A stretch of DNA of 39,179 bases, taken from contig RHPI01000733.1 in the NCBI GenBank assembly GCA_009103225.1, forward strand, positions 1 through 39,179, read 5' to 3'. Shown in pieces: positions 1-12,402 of this stretch (position 1 is its first letter; each line of letters begins with the position of its first letter). Origin of the DNA: Chlorokybus atmophyticus. Lineage: Eukaryota > Plantae > Mesostigma and Chlorokybus algae. The notes under the pieces are model-generated. The model was not told the origin of the DNA and ran no database searches. It saw only the letters and a list, made by a program, of their open reading frames with translations. Position numbers and translations under genes: made by a program.

Positions 1-103
1 GCGGATGAGGACAAGCTTGGCATAGGGGGATACCTTTCTGCATTGTCCCCATCCCTTTGGTCAGACATCTGCCCAAGAATGAAGTTGTAAGTAAGTGAAG
101 TGG

Positions 104-691
104 TAAGTGCACAACCACACTAGTTGTGCACTTAAAAAGTGCTGAAACTTATGGTTTCTTCCTTGTTGATTTTAAGGTGCTATACTTGGGTTAAACAGCA
201 CGTAAAATGACTGCCCAACACCTCTCACAAGACGCTCGCTTGTTAACAAACCGTACGCGAAGCCACGCAACGGTTCACAAGCTATTTAAATTTGATTTTT
301 CTTCACTTTATACAACCCTGCTCAACTCACAATTGTAAATGACACAAAAAGGTGCCAAACCCTCGTTGAAAGAAGCCCTACAGGCTGATATCAACAAGTT
401 GTGAGTCGAGGGTTTGATATCGATCGCTCAGAATGAATCTGGCGGCCCCACCACAGAAGGAATGGCGGCCAAGACAGCCCAAGTTGGCGTTAGACTGCTT
501 CCTTGGGGTGGGAGAAGTGTGAACAACCACACACACCCCTTGGTTNCTACGCCGCCGGCCCCCACACCGCCGCCGCCGCTGCCAGGGCCGCTGCCAGAGC
601 AAAAGATGCTCTGGCTATGGCGGCCGCTGCGTTAGCAGCGCCGCCATGCGGCTGATATCGATGTGAGACATAAGTCTCACATCGATATCAG
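104..691. repeat. Cluster of short inverted repeats (hairpins)
   Basis: 104-115/123-134 TAAGTGCACAAC, 12-bp perfect arms with 7-nt loop; about 617-647 near-perfect stem (ATGGCGGCCGCTGC-gtta-GCAGCGCCGCCAT); 652-669/674-691 CTGATATCGATGTGAGAC, 18-bp perfect arms with ATAA loop. Confidence 0.85.
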
Positions 692-2506
692 TGTTAGCAA
701 TAAGCTAACACTACATTAAGGCCATAAAGGCCCTAATACGGCTCAATTGGCTGTTTATTACCAGTTGGGACCCTTATATCTAATTAAACAAGGGCGGGGA
801 ACCGCATAGCGACAGCACTCCGTTACAGCACCTCATTGCTCCGCAACAGTATTCTGCATGTCTATGTGTCATGCGCGTATAAGGCTGACCACGCAGGGCC
901 AATTGTACTTCCACTTATATATGATGCCCGCAAATGCTTAAAGCAAGAATAAAACCCGAACCTCGCTCGCGCGAATCAGTCGCACATCCACTATCGGTTG
1001 GCGACTAGTTGGTCACCCCTCCGCGGGGACTGTTGTGTTAATGCTGCGTCTTACAGGCAGCCATGTAGCAGGCCGTCAAGGAAAACGGGATGGCGAAGCA
1101 GGCACGCCGCTCACAACCCTCACTTACACGCGCAACGTGTACGTAGTGCTACCGTTGTTGCTACTGCATGCTTAATACGGTGGTGGGGGTGTTGTTAATT
1201 GTTCACAAGCCACGGCGTGATCGATTGCAACAAGATATCGTTACATATAGGTATAACGAGCGAACTGTGCGGCTTTACGATTTTTATTGATGAAAAGTTT
1301 TTGCTAGCTGCACTTTGTCTTTCTATGCTTGACAACATTGTGCTCTTAAGCTTTCAGCACGTGTAGCTATATAGGCTCCATCATGGGCCTTGCCACTACT
1401 TGCTATGGTAATGGCAAGTAGTAGCCGTGACATGGCTTTTGATGCTGAGCAAAAATTAGGTTTTACGTACAGTATTTGTGGGTGTGGGGGGGTGGGGGGC
1501 GGGGATGGGGGGAAGAGCTTTCTGTAGAAGCATATCTTAGGAACCGGCGTCCCTCGGAACGCGCTCTCACGAGAGGTTCGTACAGCGTGTTTTGCCGTCG
1601 CGCACGAATTTAAATCCAGAGTACGCTTGCCATATCTGCACCACTCCCACCTTCGATGCGCTTCTCTCTATGTCTTCGGGTGGTGTTATGGTGCGGGTGG
1701 AGTGGGGTTGGGTGCCACCCCCAATGCAGAGAAGTGCTTGCACGTCCACGGAAGCAATCGTTGCTTCTTCCGAGCACCCTCATAAGTAGATGTGAACTGC
1801 TATCATCACTGACTGTAGTAGCATGTGCCAACATTTACAGCAAGCATTTTATACCAACTTGGTATAAGATGCTTACGTTTCACATTGCCTTGTTGGCTTC
1901 TTGTTTGCATGTGCCATTCAAGCGGTGCCGTGTATACTTACTTCAGACATGCATTAAAGATGCCACGCATAACACAGTGCGTAACACTTTACTCCCGGCA
2001 CCACACAAGTAAATGAACTCAAAGAGTCTATTTCGCTAATAATAATAGTCTACTTAAATGAATCATGATGTGAAGTATTCAATATCTCTTGTTGCGATAG
2101 CATGTGGCATGAGATGCTCACTCAATTGCAGCTAGCATGCAGGCAGGCGCGGAGTACAATTACATGCATTAATATCGCAATGCCTCACATGGTGTAATAC
2201 TATGCCTCCGCAACAACTTCGTAGCAAGTGTCGTTCATTGTCAAATAGGCAGTGCACCAAATTGATTCCTCAATAAGTCGGACCTAGACAATGATGAAAC
2301 ATTGACGCCAACCTACTCATGCAGCTCATAAACATTATGTTCACAATCAGCAGTATCGCGCCAAGAGCAGATGTGGATGCAGCTGTACAGCTCTTGTCGC
2401 TCTGCGCAGCAGATGGTACTTGTGCATGCTGCTCCTGTTGACCACGAGGAGGTGAAGGGTACTGCTCCCGTAGATCAAGTTGGGTGGGGAAGGCGGGAGG
2501 TGGGAG

Positions 2507-3396
2507 CTAGGCCTCTGGAAAGGCACCGAACCAGGACTGTGCACGGGTGCGCATTGCTCCTTGAATCTCCCGTAGGTAGGGCAAGCTGTCAAAGTAGAAA
2601 TGCTGGTGGCCATGGCGGTCCACGGTGTAAGGGGTCGCTTGAATTGCAGCGTACATCCTGTGGAGGACGCTCACAGTGACCTCCGTCAGACGGACCATGT
2701 CGCTCAACAAGGTGTCCCAGGCAACCAGCAGCTGCTCCACCATCTGCACGCAGGCTGCATTGGCCGCCGCAAAGTCTGCGTCGCTGCGAAAGTTCTCCCG
2801 CCTCGGCAACATCCTCTCTGCCGTTTCTAACAACGATTCCACCTCACTCCGCGCACGCGCCTGCAACAACAGGGTGCCATCCGTGTGAATGCGGGTGTTA
2901 CTGTCGGGACGGCAGCGCAGGGGGTGATCTACGCATGCATGCGTCGGTGGACGAAGGTGTACATGTATAGGATGCAGGCATGCCGTGGTGCACGACGTCA
3001 GGCCGACGCTGATGTGAGTTTTGAGCCTATGATGGGGTGTCAACAGTGCAAGACGGGACTTGACCAGTCTGTACGATGAGTGTTGGAACAAATGTGACCC
3101 ACCATCATTGTACGCAGGCGGAGCTGCGCGTTCTGTACAGTCACACTCCGCCTATTGCCGCCGGCGACCTCGCCATTCACCTGATTCAACTCCTGCTGGG
3201 CCGTACGCAGGCGCTCCTGCGCCGAAACCAGCACCAGCGTGAGGGCGTACTCGCCCCTGGTCGAAGCTGTGGATCTGGAGCCGTCCTGCGACCGCAGACG
3301 CTGCTGTGTCATTGTCACTGTTGCGCTTCCGCGTGGAGCAACTGCCGCCTGCGCATTAACACTGAAGCCTGCCCCTCCGCCGCGCCGATGCGCCAT
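2507..3396 (-). CDS. Small helical protein of unknown function, paralog 1 (exons 3396-3103, 2860-2507; about 215 aa)
   Basis: ATG at 3396, phase-0 donor GTGGGT at 3102, acceptor TTGCAG at 2861, stop TAG at 2507. The segment LPRRENFRSDADFAAAN...AWDTLL aligns with paralogs 2 and 3. The C-terminal RTRAQSWFGAFP aligns with RTKVQQLFGVEP of paralog 2. Confidence 0.7.
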
Positions 3397-3632
3397 CGTT
3401 GGTGGGTTGCTTTGTCAGAGATCCCAAGCGCTTGAACTGCATATGCACATCACATGCGGGTGAGGTTGCTGTAGACACGGCATCACAACAGCATCGCGCT
3501 GCAAGGGTGGTGGAGCACACAACTGCTCCGCACATGGGTGTGTATCATGCGTGCAGTCAACCTTAACCTAGGGTGCAGCTTTACATACCCACGCACACAC
3601 AAACCCTTACGCGCTCACGCAGCGCCACTGGN

Positions 3633-4037
<405 letters not shown>

Positions 4038-4560
4038 CTGACCTTTAGGAGCTTGCCCGCATCCAGCTTGCCACTAACCCTCGTCCGCCGCCGAACTCTC
4101 CGCCGCGAATGCCACGCGGCAACCTGTGCGCACGCCAGGAGAGAAGGTGTTGAAACGACTTCGTGCACGCAATGCGCAATTGGCAGCGCAGCGATGCCGA
4201 TGTAGTCTCGCGCTTTTGATATCTGTCTTTCTATCGCGGATCGCGGAGGCCGCGATGTGCTGTTTCTATGACGTGTAGCAAGCAGGACGCGTCAATCAAT
4301 GCATTGCCTTGATGGTCAGGCCTTTTCAGCGTCACGGCACGTGCCGAGGCCTGGCAGCGAATGGTGTAGGCATCGTCTTCGTCGCGGACTCCTGACGACT
4401 GCCGTCCACCTGGTCGTCGTCTGCGGCATTGCAGCGAGGGCGGTCGGCGGAGATCACCCTGCTGGCGGGTGCTTTGGAGAAGTGAAGGCAGGCGACCTGC
4501 GCAGCTTGGGTTGGAGCTTGCTGGGCTTGCTACTTTACGGTTGGCGGCTTTGCAGCCGTC

Positions 4561-5280
4561 ATGCAGCGCGACGTCTGGGAGCTCAGCCCTCTACTCCAAC
4601 CCTTGCCCAGCCATAGAGAGGACTTCAACCAAATTGCGGAAGAGTGCTCGAGGGAGCTGGAAACTGGCAGGCACAAGGAGACGGTTGAGATGGTGCACGC
4701 CAAGTTCCACCGGCTAAAGGTAAGGCACAGTTTGCACAAGACATGCATGCAGCGACATTGAACACCTATGCTTCAGCGATCAGATCTTGGCCAACACATC
4801 GTGCTTCCATTAGAACAAATGGTCGTTGTCCTTACATCTGTCCTCAAGGCCTAGGCTTGTATATGATGGAAGGGCGAGCCCCCTTACTCACAGGCCCGCA
4901 TTTACCTGATGTAGCTTACAATGTGAAAGTCAGAAAATGAAAAGGAGCAGTGCCTTGACAAGCACCGTGCGCGGTGACGTGACTAACGTGACCTGCGCGG
5001 TGTCCTGACTGACAGCTGACCGAGGGTCGTGCTGTACATGGTGCATGTGTGTGTCGCTGCAGTCATGTTGGCTTACTGCTTCTTCTTTTGTTTGTGCCTG
5101 TGCTCAGATGGACATGTCGGAAGCTCTTGATGCTGCGGCAGCCAGCCTTTGCAAAGTCTGTCCCAGACTGGAGCAATTTGAAACGACGGCCCAGTTTGAG
5201 CGTGCGCAGCAATTATACCTGATGGTTGTAGATCATCATCACTCATACTATGAACGGAATCTACTGTTCATAAAAGAGGT

Positions 5281-5319
<39 letters not shown>

Positions 5320-5366
5320 NNNNNNNNNNNNNNNNNNNNNNNNNNNNNNNNNNNNNNNNNNNNNNN

Positions 5367-5456
<90 letters not shown>

Positions 5457-5697
5457 GCGCGCGCACGTGCGCCCGTGTGTGAGAGCGTGAGGGGCCAGTT
5501 GTCAGCAGTTACAGATGCAAGCGCTTGTGTGTGTGGCCACCCTTAACCTCTCTGCCTTTGAGCAGGTGTTGTCCAAGCTCGTGGGCCTGCTGCAGAAGGG
5601 ATTGAAACGTTTGAAGGAACGAGTGACTGACCTGTGCCAATGGATCAGAACCAAAGTGCAGCAGCTGTTTGGCGTTGAGCCTGTTACAATACTTTAA
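4561..5697 (+). CDS. Small helical protein of unknown function, paralog 2 (exons 4561-4719, 5108-5278, 5566-5697; 153 aa)
   Basis: ATG at 4561; GT at 4720 and 5279; AG at 5106-07 and 5564-65; all junctions phase 0; stop TAA at 5695-97. Exons 1 and 2 are 159 and 171 nt, identical in length to paralog 3. Confidence 0.8.
5283..5452. repeat. (CT)n microsatellite at the start of intron 2 of paralog 2 (contains N gap 5320-5366)
   Basis: CT run begins a few nt after donor GT at 5279. Confidence 0.95.
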
Positions 5698-7161
5698 GTG
5701 ATGTGTAGATGATACGCAATACGGCGTATGGTACGCAGGTGTAGGTACTTATCAACTGGCTCAAGCCCAGGCTGGCAAAGCATGACTGTCAGTGATAGCT
5801 GCCAATTGTCAAGCATCATGTCGTTGTTAAGCAGCATGCTGCTCAAACCAGTGTGTATAATGTGCTGAACAAGCTCAGCTTGTGTAATGCACGAAGCCGT
5901 AATTGCATCATCAAACATGCAGCTTCTCAGTCACCAGTGAGCATCATCTCAGTGTTGCGTAAGTACATCTTTGCACAAAATAACACCAAAGAGTGCACAT
6001 GCTGATGCTATGCTCATGCATGCGGGCTGGCTCAAGCCCCTAGTACATGATATATGCGATGCATCAAGTTGTGACATGCATGAGAGTATGAGACATGCAA
6101 CACGTGCAACACAAGCAACTCACCACACCACCAAGTGCTCATTTATACCACCGGGCTGTTCACCTACTTACTACTTACCTACCTTCATTGCCAACCCAAC
6201 CCCAATAAACATGCATGCATGCAGGTGTTACTCGCAATGACATGTACATACAATGCGCGAGGGATATGCTCATGCATAGTGATAATCACCGTCCCACAAT
6301 ACCACCAACATTCAATACTGCCATATAGTTCACCACCGGGCTACTCCACCAAGCCTAACTCACCACCTACTATTGCTAACACCCCGTTAGCCATGCAAGC
6401 ATGCATACATGCGCAGTCACCTGCAGCACGGCTGTGTTATGCTACGCTATGGTGTGCAACCCCGCACACTTACTTGCATCCATGGTAAACTTGTAGCATA
6501 GCCTTAGCAACCACAACCATAGAGCCCATGCACTCAACCCCGTGTTCACCCGCTACGGAAACGCATGCTGTACACAACAAACGTCCATCACAAATTCCAG
6601 ATCCTGCACATGTCTTGTGCCGCATCTAGCAAAGCAAAACTTGCCGGGCAGTTTGGTTTATGCGTCATGCTTTGCTGCATGTCACTGCAGTCGCCTTGCT
6701 GTTGTAACTTACAACAGCAATCTGAGAGGTCAGACATGTGCCCACGCTAACTTTTGGGTGTATTGTTATGGCAGTGTGTTGATGCATCTGATGTGCGTAC
6801 GTGCTTTTGCCCAGACAATCAACTTGTAAAAATAACACTGCAACAGCCAGCGCAACTCGAAGCGCATCTCATCTCAATGCAATAATCAAATGCATGCCCT
6901 CGTCATTCGGCACAACAGAGTTTTTGCACTTGTAAATCAATACCCCTGATGGCTTTCGCTGTAGCTGTATGTGCCAGTGCATTGGCGATAAAGTTTTTTA
7001 CTCTGCTGTTACAGCAACTTCTTCATCGCACAACCGCTGACCTGCAAACTTGTATCTATGTACAAACATGTACAGAACATTCGCATTTAGCTATTGCCTC
7101 TGGTACTGAGCCCCATGTGATGTGCTGCAGAGCCAACAACATCATTGCAACGGGGTTGGTC

Positions 7162-7374
7162 TCAGAGCAGGCGCCGTATCTCCGCTATTAGCTGAACAAC
7201 CTGCAAGACAATTGACACGCCTGCCGCAACTGCCTGCAGCATCTGTACAATGCCCGCCGCGACCTGACCAGGCAAGGCAAGTATTACGCTTGTTGGCATA
7301 CAGGTGCAGCATGCGCAGTCTACAATGCCCTCAAGTAATCCTGACTGGGGGTTTGATACACAAGGACACACGCG

Positions 7375-7422
<48 letters not shown>

Positions 7423-8306
7423 ACCTTTTGCAAGAAGTTGAGCATTTTGTCCCACATATTCACGTTTGCGTCGACCGCTCTGAGGAACCCATCGTGGGCT
7501 GCCGCAAATTGGGCGTCAGAGCTGAAATCTGTTCGTACGGGGGTGGCCTTGCACAGGGAGTCCTCCACGGAGTTGATAGTTGCCATAACTCTCAGCTGCG
7601 TGCCCACAAGTAAGTAAGAGCAAGCATACAGCTACAACTCTGCGTGCAGATGACGCATGCAGCAAAGGGCAACCAAGTGCTGCCTTTGCACGGCTTGCAA
7701 CTGCTTGCGACCAGTTGAATCATACATATATTTATGACGAAAATACGATTACTATTATGCGCACACAGTCACATACACATATGTACGAAAAGACAAATGC
7801 AAATTATGCTCCATACGACAGGTGTCTGCACCTTGCTGCATCGCCAACACCATAAGGGGCAGATCGCCCATAGTACATGGCTGTGTATCAATCCTTCACA
7901 CACACACACACACACACACACTGAACGCATGGGCTTGAAAGGCTGAAGGGCTCGCAAGTACTGTGAGATAGCGTCAGTCAATGTCTGTCAACTGTGTCTC
8001 ATGTTAGTGCCGCAGCATGCTAACCGTGCATAAACACAGCGTCTACATGATGCAGTGATGGCCTATAGCTGTTGTTTAGTTGACATGTGCCACCTGCCTT
8101 GCTGCAGCTGCAGCTGCCTTGCGTGTGCTCGCGTGCACTTCACTCACCCCGGTCTCTTGTATATTCGCTCGCACCCTCTCTAGTGTGGCCGGGTCCTGGT
8201 CGTTTTCCAGCTCCCTGACGTTCTCCCGCATGACGTTCTTGACCTCCTCCCTGGCATCATTCAGCGGGCTGCAGAGGGCGTCGACAACGCCCTCGGTGTG
8301 TGCCAT
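7162..8306 (-). CDS. Small helical protein of unknown function, paralog 3 (exons 8306-8148, 7595-7425, 7263-7162; 143 aa)
   Basis: ATG at 8306; donors GTGAGT at 8147 and GTGCTC at 7424; acceptors CAG at 7596 and 7264; stop TGA at 7162. MAHTEGVVDALCSPLNDAREEVKNVMRENVRELE aligns with exon 1 of paralog 2; SLCKATPVRTDFSSDAQF aligns with SLCKVCPRLEQFETTAQF. Confidence 0.8.
7379..7420. repeat. (AG)n, i.e. (CT)n on the gene strand, at the start of intron 2 of paralog 3
   Basis: Run lies directly after donor GT at 7424-7423 on the minus strand. Confidence 0.95.
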
Positions 8307-9826
8307 GACCACGGCGGCGCAGCCGCCGCTCTGCAGGACCACACACATGCACAGGCGCACCCATTGAGCATCGACGGCTTGTTGGAGAAGCAACAGCAAA
8401 GCATCTGCTGCGTGCTGCACGCATGCGCGCTCTCGTCAATGGGAAGCACGCTTGTACACACCCTACCTCTGGCCCAAGCGGGCGCCCTCAGCCTTGCTTG
8501 ACGACAACCCCGGCACCCCTTCGCCAACCCCTCGCCCACCCACTTCCGAAGCAGCGGTGCGGTCGTCTTGCCACGCGTCGGGCTGCTAGTCGTCGTGCCC
8601 GGCTTTCATGTTGGCCTTCTAGAGGCTGCAGCGCTGCTGGTGACTGAACCGACGCGTGCCCAACCCCTGCGAGACGCGGGTTGGTACAAAGGCCTGAACA
8701 GCTGATACGGCTGGTACTGAAGGCCTGCACGGCCCCAATGGCGCGGGCAGTTTGACGGGTTCACCAGTTAGGTTGCGTGCGCGCGGTCGGTTGCAGATAG
8801 CATACACATTATAGGCCTAAAACTTACACGATACCTTCCTTTGCAATAAGCATATACACAGTCGGTCGGGGTTCCTACTTATATATATGAACTTCGTGTT
8901 GTCTACGCATTGTCGTGGGACTGTAGCGATGGCGATGTCGACTGAGAGCGACTGTCTCTTTATGTCGATGCCTTTTTGCGTAGGCCGTCGCTGTGCGTCG
9001 ACGGTGACTCGTAGGCATGGCGGATATCGTCCGCGATCGTCGACATCGCTGCGTGGGTTATGTGACAACCATTTGGCAGAACGTTGTGTGATATTCTGAA
9101 GGTGTGCCGGTGCAATACGGTTGGTGTAGGCCCAGTCGTACGGTTTTCACACAGAGTGTAGCGGGAATGACCAGAATGGCCTGCTCTTTGCCGGCGGCTA
9201 AATGCCGACGAAACAACAGAGCAAAATCTAACTTGAGCGAAACAGTGCACCCACACGTCGACATCAACACACGCCGTTATCAGATAAAATGGTCTCCGCG
9301 TGTCCCCGTCGACGGACGAAGACAAGTCTGCCCTTGCCAACATCGACGCATCAAGACTTGTCATTCTTCGACGACGTAGACACATGCGCCATAACATAGA
9401 CTTTTTTGAGTCAATGGTTTGCCCATGGAAGCTGCTCGGGCGCACCTGCTGTACAGTTTGGCCTACTGTATTGACATGGCGTAAGTCACGTGCGCAGCGG
9501 TGAATATTGTGTTTTATGCTGCGTTTCTAGAGATGGCCATATGGGCTGCCAAGTTGTCATGCCTAGTGCCCGCGCGTAGCAGCCTTCATCGAGCAAGTTA
9601 CATCGAAACCATCGCCCGGCCTACCAGCATACCAGCGCGCGCACGTGACTGACCAGTAGTTGGGTCATGACTTCGGTAGTTGACGACCATAGCCTACATA
9701 GGCACCGCGCGTAGCTGTTCAGTTGTGAGTTCAGTTATAAGTTGTGTTCTATATCGAGTGGTGATTGCTGAAAATAGCCTCGATATGACCGCTAGCTTAT
9801 GTTCTGAACAGTCATGATTTAACTTG

Positions 9827-9832
9827 TATAAG
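9827..9832 (+). promoter_or_regulatory. Putative TATA box (TATAAG) in repeat A
   Basis: Present in both A1 and A2; lies 33 nt upstream of the sequence complementary to the putative self-priming site. Confidence 0.45.
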
Positions 9833-9984
9833 TAGTTACAGTGTTCATCGGATCAGCTAGTGACACTGTGAGTGAGAAAGCTAAGAGCTTGTGAAACGAC
9901 TTGAACTGCGAACACGTTATCCCGGTTACCAAGAAACCCCCTCACTGTGTGGGAGCCTGTGCATGCTCGTGTGTGCATCGTGCT

Positions 9985-10430
9985 TATCGAGATGCGTTGA
10001 CAAACCTACACATGCACATGTGTGCACGCCACCCAACACCAACGCCAAGAGGCTGCAACAACAAGACTAAGACCATCTATTGCCATCATGTCCGCGGGTT
10101 TTATACCCGTCAGGAATACACCTGTCTACTCTAGAAGCCACCACGTTTGCTACACTTATTTGAATGCTGCGTTCTAAAATACATCTTCTAGTTAACTCCA
10201 AGGGGCTATTTACTGAGTTTTAAACCGTCCAAATTGGTGCAATAACCACCGAGTTATGACAATTCTCGTGCAGGTCTGGAAGTTGCCAGACTCTGGACTC
10301 GAGTCCGGAACCTGTACGCGCCTGGAACTTTCGACTTTTGGACTCGAGTCCTCGCCTAGAGCCTTCTCGCGGCCATTCCTATTCAGAGGGCAAGCTGACC
10401 GTCCACCCGGTTATAGGTGTATCTTGAACA
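9985..10430. mobile_element. Nested 446-bp insertion in A1, probably a solo LTR of another family
   Basis: Absent from A2. Flanked by a 5-bp TSD GTGCT (9980-84 and 10431-35). Ends TATCGAGATGC...GTATCTTGAACA are a decayed TG..CA inverted terminus. Contains two GGACTCGAGTCC palindromes. Confidence 0.8.
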
Positions 10431-10599
10431 GTGCTTGTCATTGCTGTGAGCTTTATGTGCCTGGTTGCAGTGTGTTTGTTGGCATCAGCTAGGGCATAGT
10501 ATCCACGTGTTGCTTGCTCATTCCTTATTGAACAGTGTAATACATCATCCACTTATGCAAAGAACTGTGTATACAGCACTACCTATCGTAGTGCTATTT

Positions 10600-10613
10600 A
10601 CTCACAGCGTCAC
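10600..10613 (+). promoter_or_regulatory. Putative self-priming primer-binding site
   Basis: ACTCACAGCGTCAC lies 6 nt after the end of A1 and is complementary (13/14) to GTGACACTGTGAGT at 9860-9873. No TGG tRNA-type PBS directly follows A1. Confidence 0.6.
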
Positions 10614-11827
10614 CCTCTTTGCTCAAGTGAGTGCGTTGCATTCCGCATCAGATAGTACAGTCCGTATCTGGGGACACATCCATGTGCATTCGTTATCACT
10701 ATCATTACGTAGTGCACACACAAGCACTAGTGTGGTGAGTGGTAGCGGCATCAAGATAGGCAGTAGAGCACAAACACTCTACCCTGCATACACTTTCACC
10801 TATGGACTAGCTGTATCAGCAGGCCCACCCCGTTCTCTCCAATAGACGAGGGTGGCCTTAGCAGCAACAGCCCAATCTCTAATCTCACCTACGAGCGAAC
10901 TAGCGACGGGAGCAACAATCGTAGCAGCAGTGGCTCGTATTCTGTCTCCAACTTCACTCCGTTCCTGCCTACTCCTCGGCATTAAGCTTCCCCACTCTCG
11001 TCCGACAGTGACGACAACAAGGTGGAATCTTCCAGCTCAGCCACGTCCCTGCGCTTTTTCGGACGTGCTGGCACTACCTCGCTGGACGAATTTCATTCAT
11101 CATCAAGTTCCATTCCAAGATGCGACAGCAGGCTCTGAAGAATAAAGATTGGTCAGATGAGATGAGATCTCTTTTCACATTGCTGCTCGGTACCTGGACC
11201 ATGAAGCACATGATGGCTACAAGTCTGTTGCTGAACTGCATCGAGTTGATGGCTATGGCAAGCTCGCCAGTACCAAAGCATCTGCGTCATTGCACAGTCC
11301 AGCACCCGTCTTTCCACCTGCCACTCCCGCTGCAGTCACCGGGTTGTTCATAGCGGCCATTGACAGCACAGAGGAGGAAAGACCTGAGTTGGTGATCGTC
11401 AACCTGACCCCTGTAGAGATCGAGATCATGACGGCCGCGCGACGGGCCCGGATCCTTGATGCTGCCAATTTCGACAAACAACGAACTGCAGCCGTGGAGG
11501 TGGGCACACCCCTATCTTTGGCAACACCCGGCTCTCGCGCGGGAGGCAGTGCTTTCACCCTCGGGACAGTCGCACTCGCGCACCAGCCATCACTGTAGGT
11601 GCTGCCATCTCTGACTCTCCCCTTAAGGATCCATACGCTGCACTTTGTCGCACCTTCCCACTGCAGACCACTAGCAAAGTGGAGGAGTTAAGGCGGTTCC
11701 GAAGCAAGCCCAACGAGGACCCTCTACGCCTGTACTCAAAAATTGAAGGGCTGTTGAAGGACACTGACTAAATTGTCAGTGACGAGGCTGCTGCAGTAGT
11801 ATATGTCAATGAGTTGCATGCCACCCT

Positions 11828-11885
11828 GAGCGAGTCGACGCGTCTGACCCTGAACTGAGCTAGTCGACGCGTCTGACCCTGAACT
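11828..11885. repeat. 29-bp tandem duplication inside gag
   Basis: GAGC(G/T)AGTCGACGCGTCTGACCCTGAACT twice; not a multiple of 3, so it shifts the frame. Confidence 0.9.
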
Positions 11886-12258
11886 ACAGCAGGCCCTTAG
11901 CTACACGCTCAAGGAAGCTTTTGAGACTGCACAAGCCATTTATAAGCGCTTGGTGTATGAGAAGGCCGTGCTAAACACCAACCGCAGCGCCTCACAACCT
12001 GTAGCCAGCACAGCTGTTGAGCCTCCTCACCGCGAATGTGGCCGGGACGCTCCACCAGCACGCGACAAAGGGAAACGGTCAGCGCATACGGCTTTGCCTT
12101 CCCCTGTGCTGTGTCATCTCTGTGGACGGCATGGGCACTATCAAAAAGAGTGCACCGAAGAGTACGCAACTCTGATCTGCGACTACTGTCACAAGACAGG
12201 CCACTTAGAGTTAGTCTGCTGGCTCAAGTTCCCTGAGTTGAGACCCGTCAACAGCTAC

Positions 12259-12402
12259 GACGGCAACAACTCTGGTGGCTATAACAGCAACAACACTGGG
12301 AGCCACAACGGCAACAACTCTGGTAGCTACAACAGCAACAACATTAGACGCCACAACGGCAACAACTCTGGTGGCTACAACAGCAATCACACCGGAGGCC
12401 AT
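12259..12402 (+). repeat. Three 48-bp coding repeats (NGNNSGGYNSNNTGSH-like)
   Basis: Units start at 12259, 12307 and 12355, immediately after the zinc knuckles. Confidence 0.9.

Larger units (their letters stand above)
9555..10593 (+). repeat. Terminal repeat A1 (about 590 bp excluding the nested insertion)
   Basis: Colinear with 20095-20676 from TGTCATGCCTAGTGCCCGCGC to CACTACCTAT(C/A)GTAGTG; roughly 85-90% identical by eye. Confidence 0.93.

Noticed and set aside
3559-3610. Telomere-like AACCTT/AACCCT words
   Set aside because: Only scattered single units, not an array.
10738-10755. TGGTAGCGGCATC as a tRNA primer-binding site
   Set aside because: It lies about 145 nt from the end of A1 and I cannot match it to a tRNA 3' end. 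The self-complementary site at 10600 fits position better.
11828-12402. Short direct repeats that might be read as a CRISPR-like array
   Set aside because: They are adjacent tandem copies with no unique spacers, lie inside gag, and occur in a eukaryotic context.
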